Numbered from the stretch's first letter, positions 19,301 to 28,838 are shown. The stretch: DNA of 64,000 nt from an uncultured virus (IMG/VR IMGVR_UViG_3300027759_000081) (IMGVR_UViG_3300027759_000081), one strand, 5' to 3'. A program made the numbers and translations. Notes: generated by a model from the letters alone, not told the origin.

Positions 19301-22020
19301 ATGTTGACAATCGTCGATACACAATGCGTGATATTGGTGCAATTGAAAGTCGTATTTCAAACATTGAATACTACACATCTCTATCACTCTTAGAACGTTC
19401 TGCAAATGACAAACCAATTTTTGACTCAGCCGGTGAACGCTTTAAAAACGGCATACTCGTTGATAACTTTGTTGGTCATGGTGTTGGTGATGTTTTTGAC
19501 CCAACATACGCATGCTCAGTTGATCGTGCAAACAACATTTTACGTCCTCGTTATAACACAAGTAACATTGACCTTGTAATTGATAGTTCAACCTCTATTG
19601 GCATAACTGGAATTAAAACTGCTGATAGCGGAAAAATAAGAATTCATGACAGTCTTATAACGTTAAACTATGACGAAGTTGAACTTGTCTCTCACCTAAA
19701 AGCAACCGATCACATTAGTGTTCATCCTCATATCTATGCAAAGATTAGTGGATCAATTCGTCTATCACCAAGTGCAGACAACTGGAAAGATACAATAACA
19801 CGTCCAGATCTCGTTGTTCAGGATGACTCTGCATTTGATGCAATACGATTTATTGCAGAGGATCCATCATTAGACATACTTGGTACCGATTGGAACAACT
19901 GGGAAAGAGCATGGGGCGGCACAAGTACAACTCGCAATCGAGTGCGTCGTCGCCGTCGTCGTGGTGTACAAACTATAACATCAACTGATTTTACTGATAC
20001 ACGAACCGGAACACTTACAACTCTAAGTGAAACAAACATACAAAAGAGTTTAGGTGAAAATGTTGTAGAGACTGCAATTATTCCATTTATACGCTCTCGT
20101 AAAGTATATTTCCATGCAACTGGATTAAAGGCAAACACACGTGTCTATCCATACTTTGATGATAAAGACATTTCAAGTTACACAAATGCAGTAATTGATA
20201 ATGATAGCGGTAAATTTATTGTTCCAACAACAATTTCTGATAATATCACACTTCGATTTGACGATGTAGAAACATCAGGCCTGCCTGCGCCCGAATCTGG
20301 ATTTACTGCCTATGGAGCTCCACTCGTTACAGACGCAAGTGGTCAACTGTTTGGTTCGTTTATTATACCAAACAACGACTCAATGCGTTTTCGCACTGGT
20401 GAGCGTGCGTTTAAACTTACAGATGATGTAAGAAACAGTTCATCTGAATCAAGTTTTGCTTCAACTCAATATATTGCAAGTGGAATTCTTGAAACACGTC
20501 AAGAGACAATATTGTCTACAAAAACACCACAATTTAATGTAGAGCAACTCTCTGAAACAAATTCAGGTGTTGTTACAAATGTTCGAACACGATGGAGAGA
20601 CCCTATTGCACAAAGCTTCTTGATTGATCCAAATGAATTTCCAGAGGGTGTCTTTATTACATCAGTTGATGTATATTTCCAAAGAAAAGCACTTGCAGAT
20701 TCTGTTGAAGTCTATGTTGTAACAATGGAAAATGGTGCACCGACAAGCACAGTGGTACCATACTCACGTAAGAGTCTAAGCCCATCAAGTGTGTCAGTAA
20801 GCTCAAATGGTTCAAGTGCAACAAACTTTGCATTTACTGACCCAGTCTATCTTAAAGCAGATGAAGAGTATGCACTTGTAGTCTCTTCAAACAGTGGTGA
20901 ATATCGTTGCTGGTATGCAATACTTGGAAATGTAGATGTTGTCACTGACAAACGTGTTGAAAAACAAGAGTATCTTGGAACATTTTTCACCAGTGCAAAT
21001 ACATCAACATGGACTCCGCAACAAGAACAAGACCTAAAGTTCCGCATCAATCGTGCAGACTTTGTTGCTGGTCCTGCAAACATAGACTTTAGAACACAAC
21101 TACACACTGGTGTTGAGTCCATTACTATTGGAACAAATTCTGGATATACTACAGCACCAACAGTGATTATTACTCCAGCCTCTGGATCTGGCGGTGGTGG
21201 TGCAACAGCAGTTGCAGTCTTAAATCCTCTAAATAATACAATATCAGCTATACGTATAACAAATCGTGGATCTGGATACACATTACCACCAGATATAACA
21301 TTCAGTGCAGGTAATGCTGTAGCAACTGCAAAACTCGTTGAAGTTCCTGTCTCAGTCTATAATTTACGTCAACCAAACCTGCTCTTTAACTCTACAACAA
21401 TAGATCATTCTGTACAGTTTGGCACACAGAGCCCAGTACGCATTGAAAAGGGAATAAACAACTATATTCCACGTGAATACAGCAACTTAAATTCTCATAT
21501 CTTAAAATCAATTGGTCAAACAACCTTTGCTGGCCCTCGTGCAATTGTAAAGTCTGCACTTTCCACAGCAGACTCTGCATTATCACCAGTAATTGATATT
21601 GACGGTTCATCACTCCTAACAATTACAAACATTGTAAATAATGTTTCTACTGGTGAGACTGGATTAGGACCTGGTCAAAGCGTTGCACGATATATCACTC
21701 GCAAGGTTGACCTAAATGATCCAGCTGACCTGTTGAATGTCTATATATCAACCAATCGTCCAACAGCAGACAGCAATATTAAAGTCTATGTTAAATTTGG
21801 TTTTGATACATCAACACCATTTGACCTTGTGCCATGGGTTGAATTAAACCCAACAACACCAATTCCAATTAATTCGGACACAACTGTATACAGTGAGTCT
21901 GAGTATGTGATTGATCCAAATGATGACTTTATTTCATTCCAAGTTAAAGTCGTAATGTTGTCAAATAATATCTTTGACATTCCAACAGTACGTGATTTTA
22001 GAGCAATTGCAACAGTTTAA
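16363..22020 (+). CDS. Large virion structural protein (VrlC/DUF4815-like) of T4-like phages
   Basis: 1885 aa; YHDD....KNYLRILFKPGYSVQVRELNQLQS, NYSAPGADRY, NRRYTMRDIG.IE.RI.NIEYYTSLSLLE, RFKNGILVDNF, DPIAQSF, ends VRDFRAIA. Confidence 0.85.
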   Translation: MAITTYISNYHDDYVTSKNGDKNYLRILFKPGYSVQVRELNQLQSALQDQINRFGSSVWKKDVAVIGGKASFLPAINSVKLDLSFTISGTSYTTATVAENAKTIIDTSNDLRGEVLGHELVSGNIYKFYYTYTNSGNGGEKTFGTDVNRSHRIILKNTDSTIPEGELPSVSNARLSESGATGYASAVVCESGVFFTKGSFVAVPTQTIFLDKVDVNTTFTGYATLEINENIVSYSNDDTLLDNANGTPNYSAPGADRYQIDLSLAWITKTDYESLTNTSEYIKLLYVNDSRPEEIILADEYAEINDILAKRTSEESGNYTVNPFGIQVRELYDGDALPVNCIVTGTTYKIQSLGTTPTNTWTNMGAGASPVIGTEFVAGVNATGIASVLTTTGRVSEVEYIHGVYKADNLDSVGYTLTPLATKKAAISDAKGKYNITLEPSVAYVDGYRVNLDRALNLNAPKARETTAVNVDISANIGSYFIGNIQTGILPTLSTVTNTYSLYASLNGSAARTSGSTTVTITATAHGLSNGNTVLLRSDEATIPNGSYTIGGVTANTFTITTTGNTSEKSNIAITFSVVIGTCKIRAFETTGTTSEYRCYVYDITFSGTSTADWNIRRFDNINKIAGNNFEYNVTSDNLLQQTNNTSVFPLPYNAASTLEGVTFYTQQYFTGTTGTAGAITLNAEDNTIFSDIDTTIVVVSDAVRASTARTITASSDSKTLTITPISSAWTNGATYSITSKVQVTNANLAARVTKSIASATDSITVSNGINSVFYLSKTDIIRIKTVLHTSNSNNDITALFELFDNGQRDTHYTNGRVRYIGTAALSGTISVEYEYYARFGGDILSRRAVMYTANSYSPNDNSVGTLYDDIPSYNGVKLSDVVDFRHDLVYATSGGALGSIATNSNKLVLDPNTPISALVTFYLPRIDKVVVNSGSQFSIVQGVPSLTPVEPSSPKNAMTLYTLEIPAYTADVNDIVKNYVDNRRYTMRDIGAIESRISNIEYYTSLSLLERSANDKPIFDSAGERFKNGILVDNFVGHGVGDVFDPTYACSVDRANNILRPRYNTSNIDLVIDSSTSIGITGIKTADSGKIRIHDSLITLNYDEVELVSHLKATDHISVHPHIYAKISGSIRLSPSADNWKDTITRPDLVVQDDSAFDAIRFIAEDPSLDILGTDWNNWERAWGGTSTTRNRVRRRRRRGVQTITSTDFTDTRTGTLTTLSETNIQKSLGENVVETAIIPFIRSRKVYFHATGLKANTRVYPYFDDKDISSYTNAVIDNDSGKFIVPTTISDNITLRFDDVETSGLPAPESGFTAYGAPLVTDASGQLFGSFIIPNNDSMRFRTGERAFKLTDDVRNSSSESSFASTQYIASGILETRQETILSTKTPQFNVEQLSETNSGVVTNVRTRWRDPIAQSFLIDPNEFPEGVFITSVDVYFQRKALADSVEVYVVTMENGAPTSTVVPYSRKSLSPSSVSVSSNGSSATNFAFTDPVYLKADEEYALVVSSNSGEYRCWYAILGNVDVVTDKRVEKQEYLGTFFTSANTSTWTPQQEQDLKFRINRADFVAGPANIDFRTQLHTGVESITIGTNSGYTTAPTVIITPASGSGGGGATAVAVLNPLNNTISAIRITNRGSGYTLPPDITFSAGNAVATAKLVEVPVSVYNLRQPNLLFNSTTIDHSVQFGTQSPVRIEKGINNYIPREYSNLNSHILKSIGQTTFAGPRAIVKSALSTADSALSPVIDIDGSSLLTITNIVNNVSTGETGLGPGQSVARYITRKVDLNDPADLLNVYISTNRPTADSNIKVYVKFGFDTSTPFDLVPWVELNPTTPIPINSDTTVYSESEYVIDPNDDFISFQVKVVMLSNNIFDIPTVRDFRAIATV

Positions 22021-22024
22021 CTTT

Positions 22025-22255
22025 ATGCCAGCCAAGAAAAAAATTAAAGTAGAAGAAAACGCTGCATTAGAGCGAGACTCTTTTTCTAATGCAATATTAA
22101 ATACTGATCGTAGTGCATACAATGCAGCAGTTCGTCGTAAAAAACATATAAGACAACAGGAAAATACAATTTGTGAATTACAAAACCAAGTTGAAGATTT
22201 ACTTGCCTGGAAAGAGGAAATAATAAAATTATTGGCAAAACCCGGTAATAAATAA
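22025..22255 (+). CDS. Small conserved coiled-coil protein following the VrlC-like gene
   Basis: KVE....LERD..SNAILNTD...Y pattern then a heptad C-terminus, as typically seen at this locus in T4-like phages; start at ATG 22025. Confidence 0.65.
   Translation: MPAKKKIKVEENAALERDSFSNAILNTDRSAYNAAVRRKKHIRQQENTICELQNQVEDLLAWKEEIIKLLAKPGNK
22247..22254 (+). promoter_or_regulatory. T4-type late promoter variant (AATAAATA)
   Basis: One mismatch to consensus, 7 nt before the ATG at 22262. Confidence 0.45.
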
Positions 22256-22261
22256 TACAAT

Positions 22262-25200
22262 ATGGATTCTATTCAATTTACAAATTTTTCTACTGATGGA
22301 GTAGTTATTAGCGATACCTTTGAAACCTGGCGTCAAAAGACAAATGGTATTATAACCGAAGTATCTGACCTTCGTGCTGATGTTTCACCATTATTTTTTA
22401 CTAATGGAAACTCGCGTACAGTCACGCTTGACACTGCTCAAGAAATATCTGGTATTAAAACATTTTCAGCTGGAACATCTTCATCACCAACTCTAAAAGT
22501 TGGAAATTCAGGACTCTATGAGAGTGCAGCAACACTAATATCAACATCACCGTTGCAGTCTTCAAAACTTATTGCAACTTCTGAACTTCAACTTGGAAGT
22601 TCAACATACAGCGTTCCAGCAAATAACCCAACTGAACGTTCACTTTTAGACAAAAGTGGAAACACTTTAACTTGGACAACATATTCAAGTATTATATCAG
22701 ATATACGGGCGCAAGGAGCAGCAGCAGTAACAACTACAAATATTGTATTGCCTGTTGGTTCTATTATTGAATATTCAGCAGTTAGTGCACCGACTGGTTG
22801 GTTGACATGTAACGGAGCTCGATTTAGAGGTGGTGACTATCCTGAACTTGCAACGTTGTTATTAAACACATATGGCCCAGTGTATACAACAGCTACAGGA
22901 ACTACTGTTGCGCCAAATGCTTATAATGCTGCACACTATTACACTCTTCCATCTGTAAGTGGTTCAATAATGAAGGCCACTCCAGATCGGGTTATCAACA
23001 CGTTTATTGATCGTGGTAATGTTTTTGATATTATTAAAGGTGGTGTTTCAGTTGAAAGCCTGTCTTTGACTGACGGTGGCACTGGAACGCTCAACCTTAA
23101 AATTAATAACACGCTCTCAATTAATGCAGCTCGTGAATTGGGTGTTGCCGATCTTCCAATAGATGGTGCCAAAATTGTTAATGGTACACTGACACCAGCA
23201 AAACTATCAATTGGTGCACCTGTTTGGGACTCAACCTCTGCACTCTATGAAGGCTCGGCCTCCCCAGACAATCGTGTTGCAACTCGAAAGTATGTAACTG
23301 ATCTTGCGTTTAAAGCTGGTCCTGTTGCGCGTTTAATCGATAAACCGTCGAGCGCACGTCACACCTCTGCACCAGCAAGTGGTTATTTTGCATACATCAA
23401 TCATGATGGTGTGCCTGTTATGACAGGTGCAAGTCATAATGGTCGATTTGGACATGTAAGTAAATATTCAAATTCAGAAATGCCACTTCCAGACAATCGT
23501 CGGGCGGTAAGTCTACATATAAGTTATAGACAAACAGCAGCCTTAGATGACACTGGTCAATTATGGACACTGGGTCTTAATCATTATAATATGTTTAATA
23601 CTGCTGCAGCAGCAGCAAACCACTATGAGTGGACTCTAGCTTACGCTCCGTTGTATAGCTTTTCATCTGGCAATAAGATTAAAAAGGTGATAATGTCTGG
23701 CTCTCTTGATATTGCCACGCTTGGAGTAATTGATACCTCTAACAGACTATGGATATCTGGAGCAAATCAATATGGAATATTGGGTCGCAATGACACGTTA
23801 AATACTGATCAGCGAGTTGGTGATATAGAGTCTACTTGGGTCTTAGAAAATGTACTTGATGCAATAATAGTTGGAAGTTATAGTGGAAGCGCTTTTCCTG
23901 AAACGTGCATAGCGCTTACTCCAACTGGTCTAAGAATTGCTGGTTATGGCGCGAATGGACTAGGCGGCAATGGAACAGCAACAGCTATTAATAAAGTTTA
24001 CAACCTTATTACTGTGTCTGGCGTTACTGACTATAGTGCATGTGAACTCTATGGCTCTGGTGAAGACAGCAATACTACAGCTTTTCTATTAGACACAACT
24101 ACAAACATAATATATGGATGGGGTTATGGGGCCAATGGTATATTTGGAGACAACAGCACAGCAGCTAAAAATATTCCTACCATAATTTGGAATAACCCAG
24201 ATGTTATTATTGATAAAGTATATTCAACTCATCATAACAATGATACAGCAGCATATCTACTTGGAAACCAAAAAAGTTCTGTAGTTGCAGTTGGATCAAC
24301 TTTAACTGGAGCTGCAACAAGTTCTACGCTTGGAACTGCAGTAGCAATTAATGGAGCAGGAACAGTATTTACGGTTGGTGCACCTGGAGTAGGCAATGGA
24401 CTTGTGAATATACACACTGTTTCTGGAAACACTATAAGTCTTTCAACTACACTTACTGGTCCTGCATCTGGTAGTAGATTTGGTGAAGCAGTTGCGGTTA
24501 ACCTAGTTGGAAATGTGCTTGCAGTTGGTGCACCAAACACAACCTCTAATACTGGACGAGTAGTTGTCTATGCAAATTCTGGTGGTACATGGTCCCAACG
24601 CGGTGCAAACATTGAAAAACTCTCAGAAACAAGCGCAAAGGCTGGATCAAGTGTTGCACTCAGTTCTGATGGTAACGTCCTGGTTGTTGGCTCTCCAAAC
24701 TTTGGTACAAGTTCAAACCGAGGTAAAGTTACTACTTGGAGATGGAATGGAACTGCTTGGGTAGAATTTGGAAATGCGATAGAATCCAATACAGCATCTT
24801 CATTTTTCGGTAAGCGAGTTGCATGCAACTCTGCAGGTACAACAATTGCATTTAGTTCAGATCTTAATAATGGAACAGTCCATGCATATGAATTAATCAA
24901 TAATGCATGGGTTCAATTAGGAACACCTATAACAGGTCTAACTGCTGCAGATGCAAACGGAACTGGTATTGCGCTAAACTCTCTTGGTGATATACTTGCA
25001 ATTGGTGCACCTGGAAATGATTCGAGTGGAACAAACTTTGGTCAAACTCGAGTGTTTAAATTAAATACATCCAAACAATGGATGCCATACGGCAGTCCAA
25101 TTAATGGTAAATCAGCAAATGACGCTAGTGGAACTCGCGTTGCACTTAGTGCTGATGGCGATACACTTGTGATTGGTGCACCAGATGCATCTAGTGTTGG

Positions 25201-25882
25201 ATTAGCAACCAATGGTCGTGTGAGTGTCTATCGATATATAAACGGTATTTGGAAACTTGTTGCTGGCGATATTAATGGAGCTGCTGCATCAGAAAAATCA
25301 GGATTAGCACTTGCAGTCACATCAGACGCTTCGAAGATTTTAATTGGTTCTCCTAATTTTACGAGTGCCAGTTTAAGTAACCGAGGAGCAGTTCGTCTAT
25401 TCGAATTTGCAAATACAACATCTACAACTTCAAATGTATGGTGCTCTGGAACAAATACAGACAATAAATTTGGACTGGCTGGAGACTCCAATACATGGAG
25501 AACAATTGGTGGCCTGCCGACCGGCTATGAGATTGTTGATTTTTATGTTGGAAATGGATATGAAGCAAACACAATAAATTTTGTAAAGACATATCGTGCA
25601 AGTGATCAGAAATTCTACCTGTTTGTTGCAGGTGCTAACGATACATATTCAGCTGGAATTGGTTATACTGGAGCTATAAATTCATGGGCGCGATTAAACT
25701 TAGCATCAACTGTAATTGAAAAAATAATTGATGTACAAACTGTTGCATCATATGGGTATGGTGACTATACTATGCTACACTTAAATGATGGAGCATTATA
25801 TTTTGCTGGTTATAACGCATGGATTATTGATCCGGCTCTGCCAAATAACTTTGAGCGATATGACTTTACTCGCATTAAATAA
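22262..25882 (+). CDS. Tail fibre / receptor-binding protein with collar domain, RCC1-like repeats and FG-GAP propeller
   Basis: N-terminal DTFETWRQKTN; collar PVGSII....APTGWLTCNG......YPELA; G.N.YG.LG RCC1-like repeats; seven G..VA.s.dG..l.vGaP repeats. Confidence 0.8.
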   Translation: MDSIQFTNFSTDGVVISDTFETWRQKTNGIITEVSDLRADVSPLFFTNGNSRTVTLDTAQEISGIKTFSAGTSSSPTLKVGNSGLYESAATLISTSPLQSSKLIATSELQLGSSTYSVPANNPTERSLLDKSGNTLTWTTYSSIISDIRAQGAAAVTTTNIVLPVGSIIEYSAVSAPTGWLTCNGARFRGGDYPELATLLLNTYGPVYTTATGTTVAPNAYNAAHYYTLPSVSGSIMKATPDRVINTFIDRGNVFDIIKGGVSVESLSLTDGGTGTLNLKINNTLSINAARELGVADLPIDGAKIVNGTLTPAKLSIGAPVWDSTSALYEGSASPDNRVATRKYVTDLAFKAGPVARLIDKPSSARHTSAPASGYFAYINHDGVPVMTGASHNGRFGHVSKYSNSEMPLPDNRRAVSLHISYRQTAALDDTGQLWTLGLNHYNMFNTAAAAANHYEWTLAYAPLYSFSSGNKIKKVIMSGSLDIATLGVIDTSNRLWISGANQYGILGRNDTLNTDQRVGDIESTWVLENVLDAIIVGSYSGSAFPETCIALTPTGLRIAGYGANGLGGNGTATAINKVYNLITVSGVTDYSACELYGSGEDSNTTAFLLDTTTNIIYGWGYGANGIFGDNSTAAKNIPTIIWNNPDVIIDKVYSTHHNNDTAAYLLGNQKSSVVAVGSTLTGAATSSTLGTAVAINGAGTVFTVGAPGVGNGLVNIHTVSGNTISLSTTLTGPASGSRFGEAVAVNLVGNVLAVGAPNTTSNTGRVVVYANSGGTWSQRGANIEKLSETSAKAGSSVALSSDGNVLVVGSPNFGTSSNRGKVTTWRWNGTAWVEFGNAIESNTASSFFGKRVACNSAGTTIAFSSDLNNGTVHAYELINNAWVQLGTPITGLTAADANGTGIALNSLGDILAIGAPGNDSSGTNFGQTRVFKLNTSKQWMPYGSPINGKSANDASGTRVALSADGDTLVIGAPDASSVGLATNGRVSVYRYINGIWKLVAGDINGAAASEKSGLALAVTSDASKILIGSPNFTSASLSNRGAVRLFEFANTTSTTSNVWCSGTNTDNKFGLAGDSNTWRTIGGLPTGYEIVDFYVGNGYEANTINFVKTYRASDQKFYLFVAGANDTYSAGIGYTGAINSWARLNLASTVIEKIIDVQTVASYGYGDYTMLHLNDGALYFAGYNAWIIDPALPNNFERYDFTRIK

Positions 25883-25885
25883 ATA
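25878..25885 (+). promoter_or_regulatory. T4-type late promoter variant (AATAAATA); last such site in the module
   Basis: One mismatch to consensus, 5 nt before the ATG at 25891. Confidence 0.45.
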
Positions 25886-25890
25886 ACAAT

Positions 25891-26772
25891 ATGTCTAATT
25901 ATTCTAAAATCGTTTTAAAAAATAGTAACGTTACCGCCGCGCTTCCGCAGACCGACTTTCTCGACTTTGGTGAGATTGCTTTAAACTATAGAGATAAGAA
26001 AATTTATTTTAAAAATGCTGATGGCAACATTACACTATTTGAGACTCCAGATATTAGTATAAATGGTGTCGCTAATACAATTGTTCGTCGTGACTCTACT
26101 GGCAAAGGACTCTTTGTTGGTTTATCGACAACAGTAAGTTCTGCTCAACCATCAATACTTACAATAAATGAAGGAGCTGGATCTGGTGCGTTGATTCAGT
26201 CCAACACTGGAACCTATCATGCAGAGTTTGGTAATATTGCTTCAGACAACGCTGCTGCAATTGATCGCGTTCGCGGTTCATACACCTTTTTCTATAACGG
26301 CTATAAAGGAAAAATCAAATCTTCAAATATAACTGCAGATCGTGATTGGACACTACCAAATGCAAGCGGTACAGTTGCATTAACAACTGATATTACAGTG
26401 TCACTAACTGGATCGGAAGTATTAACTAATAAGACACTTACCAATCCTACGATCAACAACTATACTGAGGGTGTTGTAGCCATTGGCAACAGTGGTACAA
26501 CAAAAACTATTAGTTTGACATCAGGTACATTTCAAACTGTTACATTGACAGGCAGTTGCACATTTACAATGCCTACGGCCACTGCAGGTAAAAGTTTTAT
26601 ACTTAAAGTGTTGACTGGTGCGGGTGGATATACGGCGACTTTTACTGGAGTGAAATTTCCAGATAACACTGCGCCTGTTGTTACAGCCACAGCAGGACGA
26701 TATGACATATTTTCCTTTATTGCTGATGGCACCGCATGGAGCGGATCGGCAATTCAAAACTTTACACCATAA
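25891..26772 (+). CDS. Tail fibre-associated protein
   Basis: N-terminal IVLKNS.....P....L..GEIALN..DKKIYFK (fibre N-domain type), LTNKTLT.P.IN repeat, and C-terminal beta domain ending YDIFSF..DGT.W.G...QNF. Confidence 0.7.
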   Translation: MSNYSKIVLKNSNVTAALPQTDFLDFGEIALNYRDKKIYFKNADGNITLFETPDISINGVANTIVRRDSTGKGLFVGLSTTVSSAQPSILTINEGAGSGALIQSNTGTYHAEFGNIASDNAAAIDRVRGSYTFFYNGYKGKIKSSNITADRDWTLPNASGTVALTTDITVSLTGSEVLTNKTLTNPTINNYTEGVVAIGNSGTTKTISLTSGTFQTVTLTGSCTFTMPTATAGKSFILKVLTGAGGYTATFTGVKFPDNTAPVVTATAGRYDIFSFIADGTAWSGSAIQNFTP

Positions 26773-26773
26773 T

Positions 26774-27562
26774 ATGTTTGCCACACGCAATTTTATTCTT
26801 ACACGATCATCTGGTCCCGAAGCCGCCTACATTGCAGCCCTAACAGCCGCAGGTGCTACTGTGACTGCCCCACAGAGAGCAGCCATATCGTCCTTCATGT
26901 CTGGCGAGATTGCAGCTGGACGTTGGGACAAGCATAAGCGTCTTTACTTTCCAGTCTGGCAACTTGCAGCGGCAAACGCGATCTGTATGAAGTCACTAAC
27001 CAGTGGCACGTTTGTTGGATCAGTTACTCACGCGACCAAAGGTATTGTCACGAGTTCAAATGGCAGGATGAACACTAACACCAATTTGGGTGCATTGGGT
27101 ATAACGAACACTAGTTTCCATTTTGCAATGCTCTTGCCAGAAGGTCCAGAAGAAGGTTATGCCATGCCATTTAGTGTAAATGACTATTCCACAAATAGTA
27201 TTTATCAGTTTTGGAATGACGGTTATTCTCACACTCGCGTGATGGAACGGATATTTGAGAGTAATTTTTGGACACTCCAACCCAGTGTCGTTAGTCTTGG
27301 TAACGACAGTGCTGCAAATAATCTTTACTTGAAAGAACGCACATCTAGTTCTACGGAATCAGATGTTATTGCTGGTAGCGTGGCAACGGCATTTCCCTCC
27401 GCTAATTTGTTTATTTTAGCAACAAGCATCGGAGAAATTGGGATGAACCTGCCAATGGGGGCGTTTAGCACCAGCACTGAATTATCATCGGCGCAGGATG
27501 CAGCCTACACCACTGCGCTCAAAACTCTTTGGGAATCAACTACTGGCCTTACACTAGCATGA
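26774..27562 (+). CDS. Hypothetical fibre-associated protein
   Basis: Start chosen at ATG 26774 (MFATRNF...), 1 nt after the previous stop, in frame with track ORF 26678..27562; visibly more GC-rich than upstream genes. Confidence 0.6.
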   Translation: MFATRNFILTRSSGPEAAYIAALTAAGATVTAPQRAAISSFMSGEIAAGRWDKHKRLYFPVWQLAAANAICMKSLTSGTFVGSVTHATKGIVTSSNGRMNTNTNLGALGITNTSFHFAMLLPEGPEEGYAMPFSVNDYSTNSIYQFWNDGYSHTRVMERIFESNFWTLQPSVVSLGNDSAANNLYLKERTSSSTESDVIAGSVATAFPSANLFILATSIGEIGMNLPMGAFSTSTELSSAQDAAYTTALKTLWESTTGLTLA

Positions 27563-27861
27563 TCGGATACCTCACAACTCAAGAGCAGGCAGAAGCAATC
27601 AACGCCGCCATTGCAAAAGCGCAGACGGATCGCGGATTTCCCGTGTTCTGGCTGGCTGGCAGCATCCCTATCCAGAGTGGCATACACGAAGGAATGCACT
27701 TTATTCCCTGCGATAATGACCTACTCTCAACCCCACTGATCGGCAACCCTCCTCAAACACCAGTGGATTTCCCTGAGTTTCAGGTTATCGTAGAGACGCT
27801 TGGAGGACTTGAAGCACGCATCAACCTCGATCCCGAAACAATCAAACTTCCTGAACAATGA
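27559..27861 (+). CDS. Hypothetical protein
   Basis: ATGA overlap with the previous stop; MIGYLTTQEQAEAIN... Confidence 0.6.
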   Translation: MIGYLTTQEQAEAINAAIAKAQTDRGFPVFWLAGSIPIQSGIHEGMHFIPCDNDLLSTPLIGNPPQTPVDFPEFQVIVETLGGLEARINLDPETIKLPEQ

Positions 27862-28061
27862 ACGTCCCGACAGAATGGATACTAATGGTGCTCCTTGCAC
27901 TCGCCACAGTTATTTCAAGTCTTGCCGCAATCATTTATAAATCGTTGTCTGCCGAGATTGCTACACTTCGCACTATTGTAACCAAACTCCAGGATGATGT
28001 GGATCGCCTAAGCAAGGGTTGCGGACTCGGAACCTGTCTCTACAAAAATCGACACCTATGA
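27858..28061 (+). CDS. Membrane protein with one TM helix plus coiled coil (holin/spanin-like)
   Basis: WILMVLLALATVISSLAAIIY hydrophobic helix, then heptads; ATGA overlaps at both ends; in the lysis cluster. Confidence 0.55.
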   Translation: MNVPTEWILMVLLALATVISSLAAIIYKSLSAEIATLRTIVTKLQDDVDRLSKGCGLGTCLYKNRHL

Positions 28062-28216
28062 AAACGACACTAATCGGACTGCTTGCAGCCATCGCCGCTA
28101 CTATTCAGACCACTGTCCAGGACGGCAACTCGATTGCTGACTGGAAGACGTGGATCTTGCCTGTCAGCCTTGCCGTTCTCGGCTACTTGTCAAAAGACGC
28201 TACCCCTTCCACATAA
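28058..28216 (+). CDS. Putative holin (two short hydrophobic helices)
   Basis: MKTTLIGLLAAIAATIQ...WILPVSLAVLGYLSKD; upstream of the endolysin. Confidence 0.55.
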   Translation: MKTTLIGLLAAIAATIQTTVQDGNSIADWKTWILPVSLAVLGYLSKDATPST

Positions 28217-28383
28217 TGAAAACCATCCTTGCTTTTGCCATCTTAGCTTTAGCTTCCTGCGTCTCGACTGTTACTACAACAACCTTACCTGACGGTACGG
28301 TAACTGTGGTTGAACAGTGCGGCATCGACCAGTACAGTGTTACGGCTGCTACCGAGATTATAACTGTTACAGCAACTAAATAA
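28216..28383 (+). CDS. Small lipoprotein (o-spanin-like)
   Basis: MKTILAFAILALASC lipobox; TAATG coupling with the previous gene. Confidence 0.6.
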   Translation: MKTILAFAILALASCVSTVTTTTLPDGTVTVVEQCGIDQYSVTAATEIITVTATK

Positions 28384-28403
28384 TAACTCCAAGACCCTGA
28401 CAA

Positions 28404-28838
28404 ATGAAACCAAGACCTAATGAATCGTTTACCTCATGGTTTGACCGTCAGGGTTTTAAGCATTTTAAATCAGATGAGTTAACCTGGTATTTTAGCAAGG
28501 TCAGAAACGGAGTTAAGAACTCTACTCCACCTCGCGAATTGTGGATTAACATCGTTCCTACTATTAAGATACTTGATGATCTTCGAGAACATTTTGGTAA
28601 GAGCCTAGAAATATCCTCTACTTACCGGGCTCTACCGTATAACAGAGCAATTGGTTCGCCAGATGGATCTATGCATGTTAAGTTTAAAGCAGTAGACTTT
28701 ATAGTATCAGGTATAAGTCCTGCGACTGTATCAGCTGTGTTACGTAAATGGAGGAACGAAGGTAAGTTTGTCGGTGGCATCGGCAAGTATCCTACCTTCG
28801 TTCATCTTGACACACGCGACTATAACGCAACTTGGTAA
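28404..28838 (+). CDS. Endolysin, peptidase M15 family
   Basis: ISSTYR...YNRAIG....SMH.KFKAVD and FVHLDTR zinc-peptidase M15 motifs. Confidence 0.85.
   Translation: MKPRPNESFTSWFDRQGFKHFKSDELTWYFSKVRNGVKNSTPPRELWINIVPTIKILDDLREHFGKSLEISSTYRALPYNRAIGSPDGSMHVKFKAVDFIVSGISPATVSAVLRKWRNEGKFVGGIGKYPTFVHLDTRDYNATW

Noticed and set aside
22262..27562. Diversity-generating retroelement acting on fibre genes
   Set aside because: No reverse transcriptase, and no template/variable repeat pair with adenine-specific mismatches was noticed in the window.
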